NCBI RefSeq assembly: GCF_008189525.1
Contig: NZ_CP043314.1
Coordinates: 1 to 32,000, forward strand
DNA length: 32,000 bases
Origin: Candidatus Saccharimonadota bacterium
GTDB lineage: Bacteria; Pseudomonadota; Alphaproteobacteria; CAJXXZ01; 1604HC
Direction: 5' to 3'
The notes below the pieces were generated by a model that made no database searches, was not told the DNA's origin, and saw nothing but the letters and a program-made list of their open reading frames with translations. Shown here in pieces: positions 9,595-18,556 of the stretch; the stretch's first letter is position 1; the number at the start of each line of letters is the position of its first letter. The position numbers and the translations under genes were made by a program.

Positions 9595-10857
9595 TCAGAT
9601 AATTATTTCTCCTTCGAATGATATTTCTGCAGGTCCTTTTTGCCATATTTTGTTAGAATCTCTGCTCATTTCTATCTTGCCCAGCTTAGTATGAAAGATT
9701 AATTTTTTATATTCATCTTTTGTGTTTGTCCTACTACATTCTGTATTCGTATTTCTTTCCACTTTACATTTAAGATCCGACGCTTTTTCTGTTAGTTGTA
9801 CTGGGTTTTGTAAAGTCCATAAAACAAAGGCTGCAGCTGCAGTTCCAGAGCCACATGCCATAGTTGGGCCTACCCCCCTTTCATATGGCATTATGTTCCA
9901 ATTGTCTGAGTTTATGTCTAATTTATTATCTTTTGTAATAATATTCGATTCAGTCGTTGAGGTTTCTTTATTTTTTGTTTTCTGTTTTTTATCTACTGAT
10001 TTATCATTAGGCCAGATCCAGATTATGTTGAACATACTGGTTAGGTGTTTGAATATATTGATATCGTGATCCCATTTTGCCTCTCGATTATTTATTACTA
10101 CTATATGATTATTTCCAGTATTTACAGTAAAAACATGAAAAGCATCTAATGCAGAAATTTCCTCTAAACCTATTTCGCATGTATTAAAGAATTCAGATTT
10201 GCTTGTATCCTTTGTGTTTATTTTCTTTTTCAGAGCAATGTTTTTATTTTGTGGAATGCATGGATTTTTCTGTTTAGAGTTATCAATCTCAGAGATTTCT
10301 TCTGCAAAAAATTCACATGGCATTGAATATGTTATTTCTCCTCCTGTATATATTGCTTTTACTAATCCAGAATCTGTATATAAACTTAACTCTAAATTGG
10401 CATTACTTATGTCATTATTTACGAGTTTGTTTGTGTTATAAGTTTTATTGTCTTTGCAGATTAGATTATTGGACAAAATGTTGTCGAAAATATACAAAGC
10501 TACAGCTCTGATTCCATTTCCACAGAATGCTGCGTGTGATCCATCAGAATTCCAGAATTTTACTATGTAATTAGTTTGTGGGTTACATAATTCTGAAATA
10601 TTATTACCATGTTTGTTTCCTATACTTCTTTCATGAATAGACTCTGCATATATAACTTGATCACATCCTATGCCTAGTTTTCTATCTGCAATATGTATTA
10701 TGTTCTCCTGTGCAAACATTGCAAAGCAATGTTCCCTTCCTGAAAACATTTCTTTTCCGATTCCTGAGAAGAAAATGACGAAATCATTTCCTAATCCGTG
10801 AGCTTTTATAAATCTTGATTTATTTTGTAATTTTTTGTCTTCATTCTCACGGCACAT
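9595..10857 (-). CDS. dapF: Diaminopimelate epimerase, unusually long (420 aa)
   Basis: HGLGNDFVIF near the N-terminus. Both catalytic Cys motifs are present (FCGNG, Cys112; ERGVGPTMACGSGTAAAA, Cys335). About 140 extra residues occur as K/N/T-rich insertions relative to the ~275-aa canonical enzyme. Confidence 0.85.
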   Translation of the reverse strand: MCRENEDKKLQNKSRFIKAHGLGNDFVIFFSGIGKEMFSGREHCFAMFAQENIIHIADRKLGIGCDQVIYAESIHERSIGNKHGNNISELCNPQTNYIVKFWNSDGSHAAFCGNGIRAVALYIFDNILSNNLICKDNKTYNTNKLVNNDISNANLELSLYTDSGLVKAIYTGGEITYSMPCEFFAEEISEIDNSKQKNPCIPQNKNIALKKKINTKDTSKSEFFNTCEIGLEEISALDAFHVFTVNTGNNHIVVINNREAKWDHDINIFKHLTSMFNIIWIWPNDKSVDKKQKTKNKETSTTESNIITKDNKLDINSDNWNIMPYERGVGPTMACGSGTAAAAFVLWTLQNPVQLTEKASDLKCKVERNTNTECSRTNTKDEYKKLIFHTKLGKIEMSRDSNKIWQKGPAEISFEGEIII

Positions 10858-10992
10858 ATTAATGAATAGAATGCTATCTTAATTTTTTCTTGTAAAGCTT
10901 TTATTTGTATTATGTTTAATTTCATAGCAGAAATATTTTTTACTGTTATAGTGACAAGATAAGTAGAAAGATGCCGCAAGTACTGTTTGTAT

Positions 10993-11685
10993 CTAATTTT
11001 TATTATTATGTTCATTCCAAAGCGTCAGAGCAGAGATTGCAGCAGTTTCTGCTCTTAAAACATTTTCATGTATTTTTACAAAATTCACATTATATTGCAT
11101 AAAGAGGTCTATTTCTTTATCAGACCATCCTCCTTCAGGGCCTATTAGAATAGGATTAATATTGAATTCATTTTTAACTACATTGTTTATATAGTTATTA
11201 TTTTCTAAGAAACATCTATCAAAAGCATGACAGACATTGGGATTTGTGTGTAATTCTAAAAATGATTGCAAAGTTGTTAGTTTGTTTATTTTAGGTACTA
11301 AATTATTTCTACTTTGTTCACATGCTTCTATTGCTATTTTGTTTAGTCTGGGTAGATCATCGAAATAATGATTTGTTCTATCAGTTTTGAGAATAAATAC
11401 TTCCCTAGCTCCAAGCTCTGTAGCTTTTTCTATTGCCATTTCTATTTTATTTTTTCTTATAGATGCTATTCCTAAAATTGGCTTTGTGGTTTTATTTGCA
11501 TTGTTCAGTTCTTCAGTTACATTAATATTCGGAAATTCTATTTCAGCAACCCAAGATTTTCCATTATAAAAAACTTCCAATTTGTCTGTGTTTTTCTTTC
11601 TCATTACATTTTTCAGATAATGTATTTGATCTAGCTTTAGATGAACCTTTCCTGGCTTGCATCCCTCTATATATAATCTAATCAT
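10993..11685 (-). CDS. rsmE: 16S rRNA (uracil1498-N3)-methyltransferase RsmE
   Basis: 230 aa. N-terminal PUA-like MIRLYIE..., C-terminal SPOUT motif IGPEGGWSDKE and RAETAAI. Confidence 0.85.
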   Translation of the reverse strand: MIRLYIEGCKPGKVHLKLDQIHYLKNVMRKKNTDKLEVFYNGKSWVAEIEFPNINVTEELNNANKTTKPILGIASIRKNKIEMAIEKATELGAREVFILKTDRTNHYFDDLPRLNKIAIEACEQSRNNLVPKINKLTTLQSFLELHTNPNVCHAFDRCFLENNNYINNVVKNEFNINPILIGPEGGWSDKEIDLFMQYNVNFVKIHENVLRAETAAISALTLWNEHNNKN

Positions 11686-11759
11686 AATTGTTCCCCTTTC
11701 TCATATGCTTTTACACTAATAGCGTTTCATGTTTAAATGCAGATTTACTTTTTAATTCT

Positions 11760-12302
11760 TTAGATCCTCTTGCATGAAGCTGATTCTTGAGACGCATCTA
11801 TTATCAGAGATGAGCTTCCTCTAATATTTCGATCATCATTTATTCCTTCTATATCAAAGGGTATATTTTCAAACAATATTGGAGTTTCTTGGTTTGATAT
11901 ATTTGCACTGCTCATACAAAAAGGCACGCCAACTTTCTCTATTACATTTTGGAAAATTTTATTTTCAGGAATTCTTATCCCTATCTTTCCTGTATATTCG
12001 CTTTTTGAGTGGAAACCTGCTTTTTTGTTAGACTTCACTATTAAAGTAAAGGGTCCTGGGAAAATTCTATAGGCTAATTCTAAAATTTTCTTATCTATGT
12101 CAAAAATACTTAGCATTGCTTTAGTTATATGTAATGTGATTGGTTTGTTTATATTTCTTTCTTTTAAGTAGAAAATACGATCTATAGAATCTTGGCAGTC
12201 ATATCTACACCCTATTCCATATACAGTTTCAGTGGGCAATATAACAGCCTCACCCTTTTCTATTAATTTAGATACTTCGTGTATATTTTTACTTTTAGGC
12301 AT
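11760..12302 (-). CDS. tsaC: L-threonylcarbamoyladenylate synthase, YrdC/TsaC type
   Basis: 180 aa. YrdC-domain motifs PTETVYGIGC, KERNINKP, PGPFTLIV, SSANISN. Confidence 0.85.
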   Translation of the reverse strand: MPKSKNIHEVSKLIEKGEAVILPTETVYGIGCRYDCQDSIDRIFYLKERNINKPITLHITKAMLSIFDIDKKILELAYRIFPGPFTLIVKSNKKAGFHSKSEYTGKIGIRIPENKIFQNVIEKVGVPFCMSSANISNQETPILFENIPFDIEGINDDRNIRGSSSLIIDASQESASCKRI

Positions 12303-12316
12303 GATTCGAGATTATA

Positions 12317-13762
12317 TTACTTATTTTCTTTATTAAACATATCTAGAGCTTTGTTTCTTAAATCAGTGTTGCTAGTATCGTTTGCTTGTGAGTTATTTTG
12401 CGTGTTATTACTTACTACTTTGCTTTCTTGATCTATTTGGTATGCCTTGTTATTTGTGGTGTGTTTTTCATCTTTCAATTGGCTTAGCGATTGTTTTTCA
12501 GATTTTTCAGATCTATTCGAGTTATTCACGAAAGCCTGTGAATCTTTTGTCTTAGTTTGGGTCTTCTTGCTGTTACCAAAATCATGAGAGTTTACAGGCT
12601 GATCGTTCTCGCTAAAATTTTGTTCATTCTTACTAGAACTAAGGTTATTCTGACAATCATTTTGAGTAGTGCTATCTTCTGGAAATACTTTTAAGCAAAG
12701 TGCTGCTTTTAATATATACATATCTAATAACTCTGCTGGGTAAGGACTTTTATTTAAGTCTACACAGCTTTGGGCTAACATGAATCCTATTGTTATGGAC
12801 TTTTTGTCTGCCTTTTTTTTTCTTATAAAGGTAAGAATTTGGGATATAAAATTTAATGGATCAGCTCCATTCTCTAAAATCTTATCTATAGTGTTTTTTA
12901 TTCCTTCTAGATTATAGTCTAGTATCATTTGAACCATATTCTCTACCTGATCAGAGGATGCAAGTCCAAGCATTTGATCTAGGTTTTCTGATTTGATTTT
13001 GTTTTCAAAAACTATAGCAGCTTGCTCAAGTATAGATAAAGCTTGCCTCATTGATCCTTTGGACGAAAATACGATTTTGTTTACAGCATCATCTTCTATA
13101 TAATATCCTTGTTTGTCACTTACATTTTTAATATGCTCTGAGATTTTATTTTTGTTTATGCTTTCTAAATTTATTTTGAAGCATCTAGAAACTAAAGTTT
13201 TTGGTAATTTTTCTATTTCTGTAGTTGCAAGAACAAATTGTGCATATTCTTTAGGCTCTTCCAATGTTTTAAGTAACGCACTTATAGCGCTTCTAGAAAG
13301 CATGTGAACTTCATCTATGATATATGTCCTTTTTTTCGCTTTTACTGGTCTATATATATAACCTTCTAGTAATTGTCTTATGTCATCTACGCTTGTTTTG
13401 CTAGCTCCATCTAACTCTAATACATCAGGATGTGATCCATTTATTAGATCTTTGCATCCTGTGCATTGACCACAGAGATCATTTTCTTCCACATTTATTG
13501 TATTTGGACTTGCTTCATTTTCTGAATTTGATTTTGTGATTTTGTCTTTTATATTTTCACAACAATTCCATTGCGCTATGAGTCTTGCCAGTGTTGTTTT
13601 ACCTGTTCCTGCTGGGCCATTTAATAGACAAACAGATCCTATTATATTTTTCTTTAACCCTTCATGTAGAAGTTTAACTGCCATCTCCTGACCAACTACT
13701 TCTGAAAATTTTCTGGGTCTCATTTTATTTGGCAAGCTACACATAACTTCATGATCCGACAA
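12317..13762 (-). CDS. dnaX: DNA polymerase III subunit tau/gamma
   Basis: 481 aa (TTG 13762; alternative ATG 13744). FSEVVGQE, Walker A GPAGTGKTT, zinc module C..C split by a ~25-aa insertion before CGQCTGC, IIDEVHMLS, SRC sensor motif. The C-terminal ~110 aa are N/Q/S/K-rich low complexity. Confidence 0.9.
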   Translation of the reverse strand: MSDHEVMCSLPNKMRPRKFSEVVGQEMAVKLLHEGLKKNIIGSVCLLNGPAGTGKTTLARLIAQWNCCENIKDKITKSNSENEASPNTINVEENDLCGQCTGCKDLINGSHPDVLELDGASKTSVDDIRQLLEGYIYRPVKAKKRTYIIDEVHMLSRSAISALLKTLEEPKEYAQFVLATTEIEKLPKTLVSRCFKINLESINKNKISEHIKNVSDKQGYYIEDDAVNKIVFSSKGSMRQALSILEQAAIVFENKIKSENLDQMLGLASSDQVENMVQMILDYNLEGIKNTIDKILENGADPLNFISQILTFIRKKKADKKSITIGFMLAQSCVDLNKSPYPAELLDMYILKAALCLKVFPEDSTTQNDCQNNLSSSKNEQNFSENDQPVNSHDFGNSKKTQTKTKDSQAFVNNSNRSEKSEKQSLSQLKDEKHTTNNKAYQIDQESKVVSNNTQNNSQANDTSNTDLRNKALDMFNKENK

Positions 13763-13821
13763 AAAATAATAAAATTCAATAAAGTTAGAATATCTACTGA
13801 TAGTGTTGATTATAAGGATTC

Positions 13822-15972
13822 CTAGTAAAAGCTTTGTGGGTCTACGTCAATTATAATTTGTATATTTCTAGGCAGTTTCGATTTTATAGAATCAATCCAT
13901 AATTTGACTTGTTTTTGTACGAATTGCCCTTTTTTGTACTTGATCAAGAAAGACCATCTGTATTGATTTTTATATTTTGTTAGCTGTGTTGGAGCTGGCC
14001 CTAGTATTTCTGCAGATATTTTAGGTTTTTTTATAGAATGTACAAACTTTTCTATACTTGCCTCTGACGAAGATCCAAAAACGATTCTAATCATTCTAGA
14101 AAATGGAGGAAGATCATGATTTTGTCTCATTTCCATTTCTTCTTTTACCCAAATATCTGTTTTATTTTCAGCTATAGATTTAAGTAAAATGCTTTCATCA
14201 TCTTGTGTTTGTATGATGACTTTCCCTTTTTTATCTGCTCTCCCACACCTGCCTTTTACCTGAGTGATTGTCTGATACATTCTTTCTGTATGTCGTATGT
14301 CTCCAGTGTGCATTCCTACATCTCCTTGGACTATTCCAACTAAAGTTAAGTTAGGAAAATGGCATCCTTGGGCAAGTATTTGTGTTCCTATTATTATATC
14401 TATCTTCCCGCTAAGTATATTTTTAATAGCTACATCTACTTCGTTTGATTCATCACTGCTGAGCATTTGTATATTTTTGTCTGGGAACATATTTTGCATT
14501 TCTTGATGTATTTTCTGTATAGCTATTCCATACATTTTCCAATTAGCCTCTTCTTTGCAAGATGGGCATATTTTCTGTAGTTTTTCTTTCTTAGCGCAAT
14601 AAGTGCAATGTGTGTAAAAGTTTTTGTGACAAACGACTCCTGTGCTGCATTCTGAGCATAACAATCTGTAATTGCAGTATTCACATATTACAAAAGGAGC
14701 GAACCCTCTTTTGTTCAGGAAAAGCATTACTTGCTCTTTCTTTTCTAAAGTTTTCTCGATATTAGTTTTCAGCTTTTGAGACATCCAAGTTTTAGTTTTT
14801 ACTATTTCTATATCTAATTCATGTTTTATTTGTCTGGTTAATTTTATATGCTTATAAATTTTGTTTTGTACATTCCAAACTGTTTCTAGTGATGGTGTTG
14901 CTGAAACTAATACTATTGGACAGTTTTCTTTCTTTGCTTTTAGAATGGCTAAATCTTTTGCATTGTAGCGAGGTCCATTTTCTTGTTTATAGGTATTAGA
15001 ATGCTCTTCATCTACTATAATTAATCCTAGATTTTTGAAAGGTATCCATATTGCAGATCTTACTCCTATTAAAACTCCATACTCTTCTTCACAGGCCCAT
15101 TTCCATACAGAATCTTTGGATTTGTTGTGCCAAACATAAGGAGAATATCCAAATGAGTTAATGAATCTTTGCTTGATCTGCTTTGCAAGGGCAATCTCTG
15201 GAAGTATAATCAGAACTTGCTTATTTTGTTTCAAAACTTTTTTTACTAATTCGAAATATACATCTGTCTTTCCAGAACCTGTTTGGCCTTCTAAGAGCAC
15301 AGGATTAAATCCATTTAACTTAGAAAGCTCTGCTACACAGCTCTTTTGATCCTCTGAGAACTCGAAAGGGTTTTGTTTTTTCTGTAAGATTGGGAATTTT
15401 ATAGATGAGATATGATTTTCTTTTAGTAATTTTTTTATTTTTATAAGATTTAATTCAGTGTCTGATATTGTGAATTTGTAAGTTTGTTTTGGGTTTATAT
15501 TTTCCATATTAGTTTCTATATCAATAGTTGCTTTGTTTGAATTTTGACTTGAAGTTTTTGAAGTTTGTGTATTTAAGATCTCATTTATATTTTCTAAATC
15601 ATGACTCGAGCAGAAATATCCTGGCTTTTCCGAAAAAGATCCTAATACCATTTTTAATACAAGTGATTTAGATATAAGAGTATAATTTGATACTAGATCA
15701 ATCCACTCCATTGAACTTTCAGTTATTTTATAAGGAAGAACAGTTTTGATATTCTTTATCTCTATATTTTTAAGTGATGTTTGTGTGTTTCTGGATGGTG
15801 AATTCCAAACAACACCAATAGATTCCTTGCTTCCTGCCTCTACCTTTACTAAAGTGCCAGGCTCTATATTTCCTTCTGTTTTATATGTGTACAGATTATC
15901 TGCGCTCCAGGAATAGGTCAAAAGAACATCAACTGTATTCATGCTTTTTATAATATCTATTTTATTTGTCAT
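13822..15972 (-). CDS. priA: Primosomal replication restart helicase PriA
   Basis: 716 aa. Walker A GQTGSGKT, DEEH box, and a cysteine-rich zinc insertion (CEYCNYRLLCSECS...CHKN...CTYC...CPSC) in the second RecA lobe. Confidence 0.95.
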   Translation of the reverse strand: MTNKIDIIKSMNTVDVLLTYSWSADNLYTYKTEGNIEPGTLVKVEAGSKESIGVVWNSPSRNTQTSLKNIEIKNIKTVLPYKITESSMEWIDLVSNYTLISKSLVLKMVLGSFSEKPGYFCSSHDLENINEILNTQTSKTSSQNSNKATIDIETNMENINPKQTYKFTISDTELNLIKIKKLLKENHISSIKFPILQKKQNPFEFSEDQKSCVAELSKLNGFNPVLLEGQTGSGKTDVYFELVKKVLKQNKQVLIILPEIALAKQIKQRFINSFGYSPYVWHNKSKDSVWKWACEEEYGVLIGVRSAIWIPFKNLGLIIVDEEHSNTYKQENGPRYNAKDLAILKAKKENCPIVLVSATPSLETVWNVQNKIYKHIKLTRQIKHELDIEIVKTKTWMSQKLKTNIEKTLEKKEQVMLFLNKRGFAPFVICEYCNYRLLCSECSTGVVCHKNFYTHCTYCAKKEKLQKICPSCKEEANWKMYGIAIQKIHQEMQNMFPDKNIQMLSSDESNEVDVAIKNILSGKIDIIIGTQILAQGCHFPNLTLVGIVQGDVGMHTGDIRHTERMYQTITQVKGRCGRADKKGKVIIQTQDDESILLKSIAENKTDIWVKEEMEMRQNHDLPPFSRMIRIVFGSSSEASIEKFVHSIKKPKISAEILGPAPTQLTKYKNQYRWSFLIKYKKGQFVQKQVKLWIDSIKSKLPRNIQIIIDVDPQSFY

Positions 15973-16005
15973 GTTTGTTTATTGATTCCACATTGTATAG
16001 ATGCA

Positions 16006-16653
16006 TTATATAGACTTTGGCTTGCCTACAAAGAGTTTGTCAGTTTTTTGTCCATTCATAGTTTGATATTGTATTACAACATGATCGTAAGATGTTTTTA
16101 TGACTTTTATGTCAGGTATTTTATCGTTTTTAGCGTACCAAATTCCATTTATGCAAATTAACCAATCATCTTCGTTATCAAGTATGCAGCTTAGGTTTAG
16201 AGTGGTTTCAGTTTGTGCTTCTTCTTCATTAGTTTTGATTATTTTGCTTAATATTAGATCTATTTTTAATTCTACTTTTTTATTCAATTTTTGCATTTCA
16301 ACTATCTTTACGCAGCCGAATGGAATTTCTTTTATCCTATTTATTTTTCCTTCGTCAATTTCTAAGAAAATTGTGTATATTAGTATATTTTCGTACGATT
16401 CTTTCTGAATTCTTTTTACTTCTATGTCATTTTGCATGAACCATTTGCTTATTGATCTATCTTGTTTTATTGCAAACTTAGACCAAGAATCTTGATTAGA
16501 TGCTATGAAGTTAAATTCTTTTTCTAGATTTCTTTGTACAAGCTGTTTGTTCTTGTTGTCAGATTTATAAGAATGGTTTTTCTTGAATAATAAGAAAGTG
16601 TAAAAGGCTAAAAACAAATTGACTGAAGCAAAAATTAAATGATCGAATTTCAT
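16006..16653 (-). CDS. Hypothetical membrane-anchored protein (N-terminal TM, ~190-aa extracytoplasmic part)
   Basis: 215 aa. TM anchor LIFASVNLFLAFYTFLLF. Lies directly upstream of priA on the same strand. No confident family; the C-terminal pattern is discussed in findings. Confidence 0.6.
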   Translation of the reverse strand: MKFDHLIFASVNLFLAFYTFLLFKKNHSYKSDNKNKQLVQRNLEKEFNFIASNQDSWSKFAIKQDRSISKWFMQNDIEVKRIQKESYENILIYTIFLEIDEGKINRIKEIPFGCVKIVEMQKLNKKVELKIDLILSKIIKTNEEEAQTETTLNLSCILDNEDDWLICINGIWYAKNDKIPDIKVIKTSYDHVVIQYQTMNGQKTDKLFVGKPKSI

Positions 16654-16744
16654 AATCCCTAATTATACTATTATTTTAGAATAGATCAGAGATCTGTATG
16701 TTTAATTTACATATTTTCTTATTTTCTTTGAGAGCTTTGACATC

Positions 16745-16802
16745 TATCACTCTGATAGTCATCATTCTGATATCTGCCTGTTTGACATCTATCATTCTGA
16801 TA
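16745..16802. repeat. Three operator-like dyads TATCA-N3-TGATA
   Basis: TATCActcTGATA at 16745-16757, cATCAttcTGATA at 16760-16772 and TATCAttcTGATA at 16790-16802. They are embedded in a ~22-nt direct repeat TTTGACATCTATCAYTCTGATA (16737-16758 and 16781-16802). Located in the divergent spacer between the hypothetical/priA block and rnpB. Confidence 0.5.
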
Positions 16803-16844
16803 TCAAGATGTGTTTAGGTTGTTTAGTGATTTGTGATTTAGGTA

Positions 16845-16873
16845 TTGTGGAATTATGAATTAACAAATAAAAT
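16845..16873 (+). promoter_or_regulatory. Candidate sigma70-type promoter of rnpB
   Basis: TTGTGG (16845-16850), 17-nt spacer, TAAAAT (16868-16873), with the -10 box ending 6 nt before the predicted mature 5' end. Hexamer matches are cheap in AT-rich DNA, so confidence is low. Confidence 0.3.
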
Positions 16874-16879
16874 TCAAGT

Positions 16880-17281
16880 GGAAATCAATCTGTCGCTGTG
16901 ATTTTTCTTGTTTACATATTTGTATTTATTGCTTGTATTGTGAATCTAAGAAAATAGCAGAGGAAAGTCCGGGCTCCATGAAGGAAGAGTACCTGTTAAC
17001 AACAGGCGAGCGTAAGCTTAGGGAAAGTGCCACAGAAAATTACCGCCAATAATTAGAGTTATTTAAGTTTCTTGAATGATTTGTTTTTTGGTAAGGGTGA
17101 AAAGGTGCGGTAAGAGCGCACCTCTGATTTTGGCAACAAGGCAGGAAAAGGTAAACCCTACTCGGAGCAAACTCGAACAGAAAATACCTTCATTTAATTT
17201 TCGGGTTGAGTGCTTCAGTGCGTTAGTGATATCGCATGTAGATAAATGACAGTTAATACAGAATCCGGCTTATAGATTTCC
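16880..17281 (+). ncRNA. rnpB: RNase P RNA, bacterial type A
   Basis: Universal core GAGGAAAGTCCGGGCTCC, GGGAAAGTGCCACAGAAA, GGTAAGGGTGAAAAGGTGCGGTAAGAGCGCACC, GGTAAACCC, ACAGAATCCGGCTTAT. P1 pairs GGAAATC (16880) with GATTTCC (17275-17281); P2 pairs CTGTC with GACAG. Peripheral helices (P3, P12 region) are AT-rich. Confidence 0.9.
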
Positions 17282-17450
17282 AAACTTTAGTTTATTTTAG
17301 TGATTTATTAATTTAGTAAGCTAATCATAGGCATGTCTAAATATTTTCTTGTAAATTGATTTTATGGATTTAATTTTGCTTAATAGTTTTAATGCTTTAT
17401 GCAAATTTTTATTTGTTATATGATCTTCATTCATTGATTATGTTATCTGT

Positions 17451-17475
17451 AGTGCAAATCGTGCACTAATTTTTA
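17451..17475 (+). terminator. Candidate intrinsic terminator downstream of rnpB
   Basis: AGTGCA-aatcg-TGCACT, a 6-bp stem with a 5-nt loop (17451-17467), followed by AATTTTTA. The stem is short. Confidence 0.3.
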
Positions 17476-17614
17476 TACGTATTAAATTTGCTTTAATTAT
17501 TTAAAAACAGTTGATACAAAAGTATTTATGTAATATTTTTTAATAGGGTTCGCTATATAGGTAATCAATCTCTAAGGACAATAGACAGAACGGGAGCTGT
17601 CACTAGAAAGTTCC

Positions 17615-18517
17615 GTGGAACTTTTTATACGGTGCCCACCTTTACAAAAAAGCCATTCGAGGCTTATTATTTATGCAGTGGACCTAAGTTATAAAACCAC
17701 AAAAGAAATGGGTTCTAATCTTACTTGGATTAGAACTGGTGGGGAAGTAGAAGTTTTTAGACCTGATTCAATTTTAGAGCTAAAAAGCTTTGTAAAGTCA
17801 GGTGTAGATTATTTCCCTTTAGGAATGGGGTCTAATACTATTATAAAAGACACAAACTTAGATAAAGTAATCTTAAAACTAGACAATTTATATAAAGAAA
17901 TAGAATTAGAATATCCTTATATTATTGTTGGATCTGGTGTTCCAAATTTTACTGTTTCTAGGTTTTGCATACAGAACTTCTTAGGTGGTCTGGAATTCTT
18001 ACATACCATACCAGGATCTATAGGTGGTGGAGTTTTCATGAATGCAGGGGCTTATGGATCTTGTTTTTCAGATAATTTGGAATGGGTAGAAGTCATGGAT
18101 ATTTTTGGATCTGTCTCTAAGTTATACAAAAAAGAAATTAAATTCTCTTATAGAAAATGTCATGTCCCTAAGACTTTTATATTTTTGCGGGCTTGTTTTA
18201 AAGTGTTTAAGGATGAAAAAATCAAAGAGAAAGTGGATGGATATGTGGTGAGTAGAAATTTAACTCAGCCTAGGTTCCTTACTTTAGGTAGTACTTTTAA
18301 AAACCCAGAAGGCAAGAAAGCTTGGGAATTGATAGACCAAGCGGGGTGTAGGGGTTTTGCGATAGGAGGAGCTAAGATGTCAGAAAAACACTGTAATTTT
18401 ATAGTCAACACAGGAGGTGCGACTTCTGGTGATATAGTAAAATTAATCAATTCTGTGCAGAGTTTTGTGTTTAGTAAAACAGGAATTTTACTGGATAGAG
18501 AGATAGTTTTACTTTAA
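17615..18517 (+). CDS. murB: UDP-N-acetylenolpyruvoylglucosamine reductase MurB
   Basis: Motifs LTWIRTGGE, GMGSN, IPGSIGGGVFMNAGAYG, GSTFKNP, SEKHCNFIVN. The start is uncertain. GTG 17615 gives 300 aa but sits in a hairpin loop. ATG 17708 gives 269 aa, starting 3 residues before the conserved NLTW..GG block. Confidence 0.9.
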   Translation: MELFIRCPPLQKSHSRLIIYAVDLSYKTTKEMGSNLTWIRTGGEVEVFRPDSILELKSFVKSGVDYFPLGMGSNTIIKDTNLDKVILKLDNLYKEIELEYPYIIVGSGVPNFTVSRFCIQNFLGGLEFLHTIPGSIGGGVFMNAGAYGSCFSDNLEWVEVMDIFGSVSKLYKKEIKFSYRKCHVPKTFIFLRACFKVFKDEKIKEKVDGYVVSRNLTQPRFLTLGSTFKNPEGKKAWELIDQAGCRGFAIGGAKMSEKHCNFIVNTGGATSGDIVKLINSVQSFVFSKTGILLDREIVLL

Positions 18518-18556
18518 CCTTATTTATATTTTCTTATTTTTATTGTATAAGTATTT

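Noticed and set aside
10806-11015. 69-aa minus-strand ORF bridging rsmE and dapF.
   Set aside because: It overlaps the 3' end of rsmE and the 5' end of dapF, so it is most likely a chance ORF across a short spacer.
16737-16804. The direct repeats as a miniature CRISPR array or mobile-element terminal repeat.
   Set aside because: Only two ~22-nt copies with a 22-nt gap that itself shares the motif. There are no cas genes, no transposase and no flanking target duplication. An operator or promoter repeat is the simpler reading.
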